DNA of 64,000 nucleotides from NCBI GenBank assembly GCA_008632985.1, contig QPGO01000011.1:310001-374000 (forward strand), read 5' to 3'. The notes under the pieces were generated by a model. The model saw only the letters and a program-made list of their open reading frames with translations, did no database searches and was not told the DNA's origin. The translations under genes and the position numbers were made by a program. Positions 24,171 to 36,372 of this stretch are shown here, piece by piece (position 1 is the stretch's first letter; each line of letters begins with the position of its first letter). Source of the stretch: Psammoneis japonica. Taxonomy: Eukaryota.

Positions 24171-26461
24171 GTTTTGATGCGATGCAAGTGGCAGTGAGGG
24201 GATCTCCCTCACAAAAAGCTTTGGCAGTTGGGACATTCAAACAGCGGGACTTGGTGTCAGAAACAAAGAGGTCGCAGTTCCATGGGATGTCCGTCATTTT
24301 TGCGGGTGCAGCAGGGGTAGGAAAGCAGCCCTGTTGCCATGTCAAAGCACACTGGACATCAGTGCTTCTGCAGGAGAAGCAGCAGAAAACAACAAACACA
24401 TGTGCCACAACCAAGTTTGGTGCTTTCCTGTCACCCTCTTGATGAGTGGCTTTTGCTGTGGCAATCTGAGCGATGGTTGGTTTTTGTGAGCATTGGCAGC
24501 AAAGAACAAAACACTGCAACTCAGGGTGTCCAAAAGCTGCCGACAAACCTTGAGACCCACACAAAAGAAAAACCAAGCAACATGAACACCAAGATTTTGC
24601 ATGCTTTTGCTGCCCCATTGTTGTCACAAAACACTTGCCTTCACATCTCAAACATTTGCAGCTTTGTTGTGAACAACCAACAGTTCAGCAGTTGTGTGGA
24701 CATTGTGTGGCATGGCGCAACTTGAAATGTGATGGCAGCATGCATTTGACTGGCCAGTTGCTCATGCATCAGCATTTTGTTGAAAATTCTGAATGTGAGA
24801 ACAGAGAGTGGCGAGCACTGAGATCAACAATGGCCAAGCCCAAAATCCAAAGATGCGGCAATCTGACAGCCAACAAAGCAGCAGCTGCACCTGCAATTGC
24901 CGTGCAATGTTGACACTGCAGAGACATCAAGCAACAGCATTGTCCCAATCTTGCAAACAGAGAAGATGGCCCATCCATTGGACGAATGTGGAGTGTGGCC
25001 ACGTTTTGACAGAACAGCAGATTGGCCGCTGGGTGAGAGTGCTTTTGGGTTTTGAGCAGAAAGAGGTGCTCCTTGACATCTGCAAGGGAAATGCTGCCAA
25101 GCTGGCAGTTGATGACAGCAACCTGCCCATGGCAAATCACTGCAAGAAATGGATCAGATGCTGTGCACCAGACATGATGGCAGATTTCTGCCAACTTGTT
25201 TGCAACTTGATGTGCACAACCAGCATTGTGGCTTTCAGACATGGTGACAGGTCTGCCAACTTGGAATTTGCCAATGCATGGCAGAGCTCAAACAAGAGGA
25301 GGGCACAGCGAGGGAGAAGGCAAAGCAGACATTGCTTTTGGCAAACCAAAGAAGCGCACACCAGAACACCAGGGCATCACAAGCAGAGGAGCATTCTTCA
25401 GGCTTGGCACCAGCAGGAGTCACGCCAACAGGGGCAGGTGCTTGCCTCAAGGTGGGTTGAACAGATGTTTGGAGCAAAAGGCTCAGCAAAGAATCAAGGT
25501 TCATTTGCAACCCAGAAAGTGTCGAGAGATTTTGAGTGCAAAAACCTCAGCCCAGCACTCCCTTGCCCAGCCAGTGTGGCTGAGACTTTTTTGAAGCAAG
25601 CTGCACCAACTTTTGCCCAAAATGGAGAAAAGTTTCTCAAGGCTGTTGCAAGCACGAAAAAGCACTGGGCTGCAAAGATCTCTTGGACAAGAGAAAGGCC
25701 CAACAGAAGGGCAAGAGAAGGAGGAGGTGGTGGTGCATTTGCACTTGGTGAGCTGTTGCTTGCAAGGCGCACGGGCACTTGTGTTTTTGTGTGAAATTCG
25801 AAAACATGCGGTGGCGCCATGTCCTTGCGCCGCTCCTGAGAGATGTCTAAAACATGTGTTAAACACACAATGATGCGATCGGAGTAGCCATTTTTTGAGA
25901 CTGACCACCAAGATGCCAATCCAATGCAAACCCGGCTCACATTTTTTGGTTGGAGTTGCGTTCGTGTCTGTGATCCCGCCAAAAATGGGCAATAGAGTCT
26001 GTAGAAATGACAAATTAAATATAAGATTGCTCGTAGAAAATTTCGGATTTTTGAAACTGTTTCTATTGAATGAAATACTTTAAATGCTGTATACTTTATA
26101 TTTGTGCTCCTATTCAGAATTAACCACAACGGATATTTTCAGCAATAGTGACGAGTGCGTTGTAGAAATGAATATATATCATTATTAATAGAAATACAAA
26201 TCTAATATCTATTCATCACTTTAAATAAACATAGAAAGGTTTCTGGCGGAGTGCCTGTTTCAACACGACTGAAGAAGGAATATCAAGCTATATGAATGAA
26301 GTTTATATAACCCCAATTGGCTGACGTTTGGCACGCACCACCAAAAAAATCGAAGCCGGCACTGTGCCACATCGTCACTACGCACACCAACTTCCTTTGC
26401 ACCTGCATTGTTTCACCTGTTGCTGGTGACAACCTACGTCCTTTTCTAGAGTAGACTCTAC

Positions 26462-27370
26462 ATGACAATGAAGAAATCCGTAATCTCGTTGACCTTCTGC
26501 TTGCTGTGTTCATCGGTGTTTTCTGCTGAATCCGATTCACAGAAACCCGCTGCAGAAAAAGACTCCTCTACGACTCCTCAGAGACACAATTTGAGAGGCC
26601 TCGAGCTGACCCTAGGTCCGCCTAAAACGCCTATCACTATTAGTGAGATTTCTCAAGGAGCAATTGCAAACTCCCAACATTACAGCACATGCACCCCGCA
26701 CGAATTGGAACCTACGTTGGGGTTCAACCCGGTGCCGTTTTTCGGCGACACTTATTGCAGCTCAGACGACGACTGCGTGGGCGCTCGCTCAGACGGCCTG
26801 CGGCCCTGCTGTAGTCCTTATTATTGCCGTTGTCTCATTAGTGACGTGGACGTGTGTGACTGCATTGACGATACACCCTCTCCTACTGCAGCTCCGACTC
26901 CACAACCGACCCCCACGTCGATTGTACTTGAATATGAGGATCCCGTAGGTGCCAGTTTGGTGGTTGCCTGGAGGCAGTGCTCGAACACTCCAGAGTGTGA
27001 CGGGGAGCAGGGCTATGATTCCGACCTTGCCTGCGATTTCGACAATGACTGCGCGGAGGGTGCCACGTGCAGCGTGTGGTGCTCGGGCATGGACTTTTAC
27101 TGCTACAACGAGACTGCATCAGTACGTGAAGAAAAATGCGTCTTGTCAAACTGTAACGGCTCTACCCCGGACTGCAACTGTGTGGATGAGTTTGGCCCCG
27201 AGTGCGGACCGTGGGTTTGCAAGGACATGGATATGGAGCTCTGGGGATCGTGTACGGATGTGGCCTGTGAAACTAATGCCGATTGTATCGGCAATAATAA
27301 TCTGGATCGGGATAGGACTTACACGTGCGTCCATTTGTGGAATCCGGCCAATTGTGGACTTGCACGCTAG
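26462..27370 (+). CDS. Secreted Cys-rich protein with a Pro/Thr linker (cell-surface/extracellular type)
   Basis: Signal peptide, HNLRG motif, TPSPTAAPTPQPTPT linker, several C-x2-D-x-D-C modules. Confidence 0.8.
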   Translation: MTMKKSVISLTFCLLCSSVFSAESDSQKPAAEKDSSTTPQRHNLRGLELTLGPPKTPITISEISQGAIANSQHYSTCTPHELEPTLGFNPVPFFGDTYCSSDDDCVGARSDGLRPCCSPYYCRCLISDVDVCDCIDDTPSPTAAPTPQPTPTSIVLEYEDPVGASLVVAWRQCSNTPECDGEQGYDSDLACDFDNDCAEGATCSVWCSGMDFYCYNETASVREEKCVLSNCNGSTPDCNCVDEFGPECGPWVCKDMDMELWGSCTDVACETNADCIGNNNLDRDRTYTCVHLWNPANCGLAR

Positions 27371-27651
27371 AGATCAAGTTAATTAGGTCCATGGCACGTT
27401 TTTCCGCGTGTATGGCTGATTCTTAAATAATACATGTTTAGTCGAAAGAAAGATAAATTTACGACGAATCATAAAGGTTATCTTTCATAGTACGAAAATA
27501 ATACACTGGAAATTGTTCATGACTTGGAATTACTCCCACGACTAGCTTTAAGCTACAGCAGCATCTTTGCTGTGAACCTGAAGATTCTCTTGGGGCTGCT
27601 CACTCCCAAGTTGGGAGGTATGCTTTTTCTGGAAAAACTGTTTCGTTCGAG

Positions 27652-29164
27652 TCACAAGAACACCCGGCCAATCCCTGCTCCCCACTTCACTTGAAAGAAA
27701 GTAAACATCTGCTGTATCGACTTTGGAACTTTTCTTGTGCCGCCAAAGAAAATACCTCCAATTATAAAGAACACCGCGGAGGTTAGCAAGAAGACAATCA
27801 TTGTGTAACTCATGCTTTGTGTATAAATTCCACCCTTTCCATATGTTCTTCCGTTGACTTTGATTCGAAGAATAGTTCCTTGCTTTGAAGCTCTGACCAA
27901 GTCCGCTTTCTCAGCAGGTTCCATGTCGGTCTTGCTTTGAAACTTGTAGCACTTTCAAGATATCCAAGTAGTGATAGCATTTAAAATAGAAAGAAAGGTT
28001 AGAACAGGGAACAGTTTCAGAGGAAACTTCCAGAGTATTGAACACACAGCACCCTCGTACCTGGTTGCAATTTGTGTACCCTGCGTCGCAGTCATTAGAA
28101 AGAAAGGTTAGAAAAGGATCAGTTTCACAGGAAACTTCCACAGTATTTCACGCCAGACAGCACCATCGTACCTGCGTCGTCGTAGCAATTGTATCCATTT
28201 ATTTCTTCGTCACCTTCACCATCATTTTCGTCATTCAGCCAACGTCTATGCTCATCGGCTTGACTGTTATCATTGTCATTGTTTAGATTGTACGCCCTGC
28301 AAGGTTGACAGACTTTATAAACATTCATGTATTCATTCCACATGTCGAAAATGGCTTCCCACGAAGCTGCCTCACTTTCGCCATAGTCGGAATCTCCGTA
28401 GTAGTTGTAATAATACAGCTTGATATAGTCGGACACAGTGTAATTTGACTCTCGTGTACACTGGCTATTCTCATACAACCCCCACGTTATGTTACCTTCC
28501 CCTTGAGGCCTGGTATCCAAGTACAATGTTGTGCCATCGTCTTCAAATGTGTAAGAGAGCTGACGACAATATGTTGGCCAGGTGCTGACATATTTCTGCA
28601 TAAATTCATAAGTGTCGCTATCCCAAATGCAATATCCCTCATGTTTGAAAAGCTGTTCGGCCCAATCGTAGAGACCGTACGTTTCCTTGAATACTCCAAC
28701 GAGCTTGAAATGTGTTCCTGGCTCGTGGCAGTTCATTTTCGCGCATCGCCTTGTCGTGCAGGAAGATTTATCGTACTCTCCCGTTGAAAAGTCATAAAAC
28801 TGGTATTCTCCTATTTCTCCTCCTCGGTATCGAGGATCAACATAGGCGGCCCAGAGTAGCTGCGTTTACAGTCCTCGTCCTCAGAAAGTTTCCGTTCGTC
28901 GTTGTTGCTTCCTGAATCATCCACGTCGCAGTCAATATACATACCAAGATACCTCCAAGCAAGGGAGTACGGTTCGTAATCATTCCCGTTTCTATCGACA
29001 AGCAAGGAATCAAAGTCTTCATTTGACGCGAGATCTCGTTCTTCTTGGCTTTCGTGTGCTGGCATCGGCAAGAAGGAACGCCATTTTCCATCGAGTGACG
29101 AAGCTAAAGCCGATGACGTGAAAGAGAGAGCGACGCTAAGGACAGTGGCACGGTTGAGATACAT
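27652..29164 (-). CDS. Signal-peptide, single-TM protein (YSLAWRYLG / EQLFKHEGYC type); 2 introns around a 20-bp micro-exon; 1-bp frameshift ~28860
   Basis: Continuous reading after a frameshift (CKR-KLLWAAYVDPRYRGGEIGEYQF) and splicing (YNCYDDA-GYTNCNQ-CYKFQSKTDM). C-terminal TM helix. 3' end approximate. Confidence 0.75.
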
Positions 29165-29949
29165 TGTTTCAGGGTCTTTCGGTTGTTGACCGATAGGATA
29201 TTCGATTCGGAACTTCTCTGATCTTGAAGCGAGGAGGGTAAAACGAAGCGGTGGGCAAAAAGAAAAAGTGAGCGTTTTCCACCGTACATACGGACAGAGC
29301 TCTAGGCATAATTTAAATTGTTGTATATTGAATAAATATGATTTTGTTACATAGTAAAGACAAACGAATGAATATTCATATGGAGCTTTATTAATAAAGT
29401 AATGAATCACTATGATAAGATTAGTTGGTTGGCGATAAATGACTTCATTAATGGTTTTTAAAACCGATAAATGAATAATCAGAAATATATATATAACATA
29501 TAATTCAACGGCTTTGACTACCAGCAAGAACCAATGAAGAGAGGGTTCTCGCTCACAAAATGAAAAGAAATCAAACACGACGAAGTAGGTTGGCTTTGGA
29601 AGCAATGACGAAGGGAGGGCTCCGAAAGAAAACTTTCGTGGTTATGTCTCTCAGTATTTCGCCTGATTGTCAAGAAGAATCATAGAGCATGCGATCCATA
29701 GCTGTTCGGTCGCAGCGACAACAGAACGGCACGATCGGCAATTCGCAAGGACAATGCCTGTGTAGGGGTCTTTCTGCATAATGTTCTTCCTCTCAGGGCT
29801 TTCTCTTCTAGAAAACAGGTAAACGTGTAAACAGAACCTGCCTACACTGCTTTTACATATTCCATTCCTTGACAATTGTCTGCTAGAAGTACTATATTGT
29901 AAATACTGAGCAGCGACAAACAGCTACAACCAGTAGCCGCGCCACTTCT

Positions 29950-30951
29950 CTATGGAGAGATAGTTGATTTTGATGCCGCACGTATAGCTCCTTCGATACA
30001 TTGAATGGCCTCATTGGACGGTTCTGCCTTGTGATTAAAGTAAATTTCAAAAGTAATTCTCTCCTTCGGGACCCCTGCTTGCAGGAGCCCAGTCTGCCAT
30101 TCGTTGACCATCTGACCATTGCCAATTAAGTGGTAGTGGGTATCCTTGATGCTACAGTAATCGTCGCTGGTAACCACTTCCATACTCTTGTCAGAGTAGC
30201 CAACACGCCCTTCATCATCAGTAATCACCGGTATGTATTGAAATTGACCTTCGTATGCTTCCTCCCACGACGACAAATAGTCTTCGTAGATAACTTCATT
30301 AGGAAACCGAAAGCTCGATATCAAATCAATTTTCTCGTATGGATAGCTTCCAAAAAGTAGTTTTTCTACAGCTCCAACACAAGGGCCAACACCAACTCCT
30401 GTAGAAATCATGACGACCCGTTTTGTGTTCTCGGATATTCCTTGGACGATGGGGACCTTAAATTTTCCTCCTAGCCGGAGTGGGGTACCAGGCTCGGCAC
30501 CGGCAAAGGCTTTGGATTTGGCGCCAACAACTTTGATGAGAATATTCATGGAGTTATGGGAAGCACTGCTCACTGTGTATGGGCCTCGCATCCAACCATC
30601 GTTCTTTTCTGCGTCAGCCATGGTTTTGTCATCCACGTTTCCGTGGCGGCTACTGTCATACTGAATTTCCAAGGCCAAAACATTCCCTGGCAGGTAGTCA
30701 AAAGGTCTTGCATCACCTTGCTTCGGCTGGATATGGAGAAGTACCACAGATTCATCGTTTCCCACTGGTTCCGCTTTCAGCAGCACAACTTCTCGCTTTT
30801 CATATTCTGGAGCGCCAGATTCGGCGTGCAGCTGCGTAAACCTGATGTCCTTCGGGGAGACAAAGAATGATGGACGTTGGACTGCAGGTGAAAAAGCCCT
30901 TGCCAACGGCGCGGTGGTGGACCCGATCAAGAATAGTAAGAGTCGCAACAT
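29950..30951 (-). CDS. Plastid-targeted FNR-like FAD/NAD(P)-binding oxidoreductase
   Basis: Signal peptide ending ARA-F, then YLPG, RGPYTVSS, MISTGVGVGP, LIGNGQMV and ITFEIYF motifs. Confidence 0.85.
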   Translation of the reverse strand: MLRLLLFLIGSTTAPLARAFSPAVQRPSFFVSPKDIRFTQLHAESGAPEYEKREVVLLKAEPVGNDESVVLLHIQPKQGDARPFDYLPGNVLALEIQYDSSRHGNVDDKTMADAEKNDGWMRGPYTVSSASHNSMNILIKVVGAKSKAFAGAEPGTPLRLGGKFKVPIVQGISENTKRVVMISTGVGVGPCVGAVEKLLFGSYPYEKIDLISSFRFPNEVIYEDYLSSWEEAYEGQFQYIPVITDDEGRVGYSDKSMEVVTSDDYCSIKDTHYHLIGNGQMVNEWQTGLLQAGVPKERITFEIYFNHKAEPSNEAIQCIEGAIRAASKSTISP

Positions 30952-31280
30952 GTTTGATAAAAATGGAGAAGGGAGAAAATAGACTAACCAAGCTCTTGTG
31001 GGAAATTGAAAATCAACAAGATGAATGGAAGGCATGTTGCATGTTTGTTCGTTGGCTTGCTGCGGCGAGTTTTCTTTTGATGAATATCATTCTCTAATAC
31101 CGTTTAAATTTTAAACTTGTTAGTATCGCGAATTTAGAGCAATCAAATGTGACTAGCAAATTTCAAACCCATCGCCCATCGGATCTCCAATCTCCAATCT
31201 CCACGCGACAGAACAATGGTGGTTTGGGTGGCGGCACCCATAGGCCTGTACGATCCTCACCTACGACTTCAAAATTCATC

Positions 31281-31706
31281 ATGAGAAGCAACGGCTACAA
31301 CGCCTTCTTTCGTCAGGTCCTCCTTCATTGGGTTCTAATGATCTCCCTGATACCACTATTTCATGCATTCTCCGTTCACCGAGTTCAACTTTCGACGGTT
31401 CAACCTACTCTGGCAATGCGGCGGCGCTCATTGTGGTGTTCCAAACAACAAGAAGAAGAAGGTCCTCTTTCACCGCTCGAAAAAGAAATGGAGGATCTCA
31501 AGTCGAAACTGGATTGGATTGAAGCATTGGAGGAACGAAATCGAGCTCAAATAGAATCTTTTGTGGATGAACAAGATCAATGGGATTCGATGGAACCAGA
31601 AGAACGTGACATCTTAGAGTCCAAGGAAGCTATTCTAGCGCGAATGGATACGCTCTCTGAAGAACTCGTCCGACTGTGGATGGGAGTCAAGTCAAACGAA
31701 GGATAG
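31281..31706 (+). CDS. Small probable plastid-targeted coiled-coil protein
   Basis: Hydrophobic signal ending HA-FS, basic transit-like peptide, acidic helical C-terminus (IEALEERNRAQIESFVDEQDQW). Confidence 0.65.
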   Translation: MRSNGYNAFFRQVLLHWVLMISLIPLFHAFSVHRVQLSTVQPTLAMRRRSLWCSKQQEEEGPLSPLEKEMEDLKSKLDWIEALEERNRAQIESFVDEQDQWDSMEPEERDILESKEAILARMDTLSEELVRLWMGVKSNEG

Positions 31707-31909
31707 GTTGATAGCATTACCACTATTTGGTGAGAGTGGTTCCTACCATAGTAGAGAGCAGTTTGCCTAGATTCATTCCAACACGCGTGAACTGAAGGAT
31801 GCCGGAAGAAAAGTTTGTACTAATACAGTACATACCGCAGTAATGTTTCAGCATTATGTTATATTCGCTAATGCTTGGTTTGTAGCTGTCGTTTTCGTAC
31901 AACAGGAGA

Positions 31910-33300
31910 TTACTCTGTACTAGTTGCGTTCAATGCCTTTTCCAACGCAAGCGCAATCTCTCGAGCACGAGGTCTCTTGGCATCATCGTGCGTAAAACAT
32001 CGATACATTGCATCGACAACGGCAGATATCGCTGGGTCGGTACTGTTTTTGATTTCGATTGGCAGCTCCGGGACAAATCCATTAGAAATTCTGGGCTTCC
32101 ACCAGATTGGTTTCAATTTGCTTGCAACATACATCGGGGTGTCCCAGTCGTCAATAAACTCGTAATTTGTCAGTATTGTGTAAAGACGTGCCCCAAGGAA
32201 TAGACATCAATCTTGTCGGTTAGGAATCCTGATTGACATTCTTCCGGAGCTTGGAACTGAATCATTTCAGATACAGAATGGTTATGGCCAAGATAGCGAA
32301 TGAAGTAAGAATGGTTATGAACGAGGACGGACAGTAATCCATTTGTCGCGCGATCTCCAATTTGATCTGACTTACCGGTCCACAGCGAGGTCTTACAAAT
32401 GCACATGTCTCCTTGGTGTCTCTGTCCCATCGCGACAACCGCGCTGCGTTAAAATCGTGTAAGAAAAACGATTTCCCATCTCTGGAAATGAGAATGTTTG
32501 GTCCCTTGATATCGTGATGGACTAGCGACGCGACGCGATTGTCGTCAATCCCGTGCACGTCCGCCAAGCCCTTGGCGACATCTAGAGCAAACTTGAGTTT
32601 TTGTCTCGAAGAAAAGTTGACGTGAAGTAAATGATAACGAATGGAAGCACCCACGTTGTTTATCGTGGATTGTCCACAATATCCGTAAATGTCCATTACA
32701 TAAGGGGACGAAGAGAGACGTTCCAGTGCTATTGCGTCGATTCGATTCTGTTCCGCCCGATGTGCGGTAAAGGGGGTATTAAGCCTGAAAAAGAGAGGAG
32801 AGAAAAAATGAGTCAGAACATCAAATACCAAGAGAGACCTGATTCGATACGTCGAGAAAGCATAGGGAAACCCACTTTTGCATTTTGAGCGCGTATTGAT
32901 GCCTCTGGTCCGTGTCTATTCTAAATACATCCCTGAAATTGCCAGTGCCCAAATGCTTTTCAATCTCGTCTGATAAGTCATGCTCGTGTACCATGTTGCA
33001 GGTGGGAAACGACTGAGACTGCCACTTTGCCATTTTAACACACCGCTTCTTTGCGCCCAGCGTCATATTGTACGATTTGCCATCTCTGGTAGGAGGGTAG
33101 TAATCCACTGGGATAGGTCTGGTCTCGAACGAATCTAGTGGATTGGGTTCTGCAGTCATTCCAAGAACAAGTCGACCCATTGGAGGACTCGAGTCAATTG
33201 TGATTGTGCTTTCATAATAGACAACACGTTTTTCGGTTCAGAGCCCCACGTCTTCGTATTCTTGTGTAGCTCGTCTCCGCTCGACTTATTCCAATGAACA
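31910..33300 (-). CDS. Protein kinase-like gene with introns and probable homopolymer frameshifts; 5' end uncertain
   Basis: LGTGNFRDV, YALK, HHDIKGPNIL, DFN, APEE, KIDVYSLG and RP.A.EI subdomain motifs. Confidence 0.75.
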
Positions 33301-34236
33301 GCTGCGTGCTCATCTGGTAGCACGCATTGAGCACCATCAGTGCAAGGCAACAGAGCATCAGCTTGCTCATGTTGAAAATTCTTTACCGGTTCGATGCAAC
33401 AACAACTTAAAGTGACTTGAGAGGTGAGTGATGATCGAGTTGACACATCTTGGATCGATGAAGAAAGTGAAATTGTGTCTTGTTTTGGCGTTTTTCAATC
33501 TTGTGGCTTGGTGAAAGCATCGGCTCGCTTGTTGGCTGGCCGAAAAAGGCGGGAACAGTCCATTTAGATCTCTGAAATGATAGAGCTTGACGCCCTGGCC
33601 AAAATTTGGGGTATGATTCTATTTAGTCTCTTTTAAGACAAGATAGATATTAGAATCGTCGCATATCTAAATCTTGTTCACTCACCTGGTACTTATCATT
33701 ATGCATAAGCTAAGGAAATGAAGGAATTCAATATAGTTTCAAAAGTACGATTCGATATTGAACGGAAATTTTATGTGCAAATAATGCTTCAAGCCTGAAT
33801 ACTGAATACCAACATTCATTAGCTTGCTTGCGCCATCTCGCAATGGGCTACTGTAGTTATGCGATATTTGAAGTTTGCGAATGGCCGATGGCGGCATCAT
33901 TCGCTCTGTGTAGAGCTAGAGCATAGTAGAGGTACAATAGTTATTGTGTGCTATTCTATCTAGAGAGAAGGAGAGAAACACGCAGAGTACAACTGTAAGG
34001 CTGGTGGCTGGGTTGCGATTGTGTGCCTGTCTCTACTAGGTAGAGTAGTCTTTGACAATTTTCAATTTGAAAACTTTAATGTGAAAACGAATTGCAAGTG
34101 GCGCTTTGCAATAACAAACTTGTTGAACGGAACCCTCGGGGTCAGTAAGTATGGTGCACTCTAGCGGCAGGTCTTTAAATCGAAATATATGTGAGAGAAA
34201 TTTGTTTCACAAGAGCGACATGTATCAATCATATAT

Positions 34237-35012
34237 TCATTTGCTAGACGAGTCGCCATTCTCAGTAGCAGAATGAGAAATGGGTGTAAGATCCTTTTCA
34301 TCCACCTTGCCATTGCCATGCATTTCCACACTTCGCTGCATGACGGATATGTTGTACGCCATGTCGGGTGCCTTGTAGACCCCGAACCCGAAACAATAAG
34401 ATTGGCTCCCGCCTTGGCTGCGGCGTCGACCGTTTTTGGTTTGACACCACCATCCACTTCAATGTCGAGCGACGGAAACATGTTCCGAAGCGTCGATACC
34501 TTGGTCATCATTTCTTCAATAAAGGATTGTCCACCCTTTCCTGGATAAACCGTCATGATCAACGCCAAGTCAATGTCTTTCGCATACTTGATAATTCCTT
34601 CGACGGGTGTATCTGGACTGACGGTCAAGCCTACCTTCATGCCGTGTGATTTAATCTTGTCAATGACATCTTGTGTAATACCTCGCGGTTCGGTAGCTTC
34701 ATAATGAAACGTATAGCACAACAAACTATCGTCGGAACAACTTGCTTTTGCCTTGGCTACTGGTTCGATCCATTGTTCGGGATGCGCCGTCATCATGTGA
34801 CAATCAAAGTGTGTGTCGGGTAAGTGCCTTCGTAGACATTCAATCACGTACGGACCAAAGGAAATGTTGGGAACAAAATGTCCATCCATGACATCCAAAT
34901 GAATGTATTGGGCACCCGCGGCAATGGCACGTTTCGCCTCGTCAGCCAAGCATGCCAAATCACAATCCAAAACGGACGGGCCGATTTTTGCTGGACAGCA
35001 GTGAAAAACCAT
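34237..35012 (-). CDS. RPE: Ribulose-phosphate 3-epimerase (no presequence); one G apparently missing in a homopolymer ~34380
   Basis: IGPSVL, HLDVMDGHFVPNISFG, DCHMM, MTVYPGKGGQ, IEVDGG, AGANLIVSGS. Restoring one G gives GSGVYKA...SSK*. Confidence 0.93.
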
Positions 35013-35330
35013 AGTGATGATGCTGTGTTGAAGAAGTGCTCAACCTGATGATAGAAAATACAAATACAAGTGCTGGTAGCAGCAACGGCAACGGCAACGG
35101 ATGGTGTTGTGTTGTGTGGGGTGGTGTTGTGGTGTGTGTATAGCGGTGCCGTGGTGTCGATGTTGATGTCGGGATGACATTTTTGGGAAACGCTTGCGTC
35201 ATCATGACGCAACAGGATCTTAGGCAGATCATGATCTTATTTCTTTTTTGTGGCGCTCGGCGCTGATCTTCACCGTAACCACAATCAATGCACAACAAAG
35301 CACGACCAACCAGCTATTGCCACCACAATC

Positions 35331-36372
35331 ATGACAAGCAATGAACCCACCCTTGTGGACTGCAAGATGCAGTGCTTCTTTTGGCATTGTGGGTTCGAGG
35401 GTTGTGGTCCCATGTTCCGGACGATTGGCGACATTGTCAAAAACAACAAGGACTTCTCAACAAAAAGATCGAACCCCATGTTGGTCCTCTGCAATTCCCC
35501 AACACGAGCAAGGAGGAATTGGTGTGGGCGGCTGCGTCACTGGCACCCCAGACGACATGCAAGACCCCCCAGAAGGCTTGGAAGAAATTGTGGTGCCGGG
35601 ATGGCAATGTGCGACAATTGTTCATCACGGCGATCATGCAGGAATGCCCAAGTCGTGGGGTCAGTTGTGCAAGGAGTGATTCTGTCACAAAACTTGCTTC
35701 CTGCCAAGGGTTCTTGGGACTTTGTTCGCTGCGAAGCTTGCTTGAATTCTGTTGCCTGTGGCACCGACCAGAAAGATCCAGAGACTCAGCTCTTTGCTCC
35801 GGTCGAAGACACCGCACCCGTTGGGAAGCCTGGCACAAAAATGGTCAGAATCTGTCTGAGCTTTGATGGAAATTGTGCCTTGGCATTCAACCATTGTTCT
35901 GCCGTTTTCCGAAACAAACTCAAAATGTCTGCCGCCTGCGGCGACTCGCCCATGAAGAACGATGTGCCACAGGAACGCTGCGACAAAATCCTGCACTGCA
36001 GTCTGGACATTGGCCTTGGCAAGAAATTCCAGCTCATGGGAAGTGGTTGCAATCCTGTCATGCACAAAGAGCCTCACACGGTGGGGACAACACCCAAGTT
36101 AGTTTGGAGCCTTCGAGCAAGGAAGAAGCCGATCGCGGTTGTTTGCCGAACTTGGCCAGGGGGGCAAAGTGATGATGCCCTTGGCAAAGCAGTTTTGGGG
36201 GTCCCATCACGGATTGCTCATTGACAAATTGGGTGTCCACTGGATGTTTGATTTTGAAATTCCAAAGGACGATGGAGAAGGAAAGAAGGAAGCCGATGTC
36301 CGGAGACCACAAGAATGTGCACCACAATTGGACGATGCGGCTGCAAAAGAGGCCAAGAAAGAGAAAAAATGG
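35331..36372 (+). pseudogene. GyrI-like small-molecule-binding domain + PhnB/VOC (glyoxalase-like) fusion pseudogene
   Basis: GLEEIVVPG.QCATIVHHGDHAGMPKSWGQL...RCEACLN (GyrI-like). ICLSFDGNCALAFNHC..VF, CGDSPM, DKILHCSL and FAELGQGGKVMMPLAKQFWGSHHGLLIDKLGVHWM (PhnB). Frameshifts; Tyr replaced by Cys/His. Confidence 0.8.

Larger units (their letters stand above)
21578..24991 (+). repeat. Diverged ~700-bp direct repeats (~21578-22308 and ~24323-24991) bracketing retroelement fragments
   Basis: Shared blocks such as caaacacatgtgccacaaccaagttt, ttggcagcaaagaacaa, tcagcattttgttgaaaattctg and aacagagaagatggcccat. Confidence 0.8.
18400..25845. other. TpA-depleted hypermutated block 2 (nested TE relics)
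   Basis: Near absence of TA over ~7.4 kb, with an abrupt return to AT/TA-rich sequence after ~25850. Confidence 0.9.

Noticed and set aside
12869..25794. Dozens of overlapping Cys/His/Trp-rich ORFs in all six frames (also 35-43 kb and 55-64 kb)
   Set aside because: Artefact of TAA/TAG and Tyr codon loss in TpA-free DNA; not real Cys-rich genes and not evidence of an alternative genetic code, since flanking genes use TAA/TAG normally.
34370..34390. Programmed frameshift or pseudogenisation of RPE (similar single-base shifts at ~28860, ~32185 and ~53030)
   Set aside because: Single-base indels, mostly in homopolymers, in otherwise intact genes; most simply sequencing or assembly errors.
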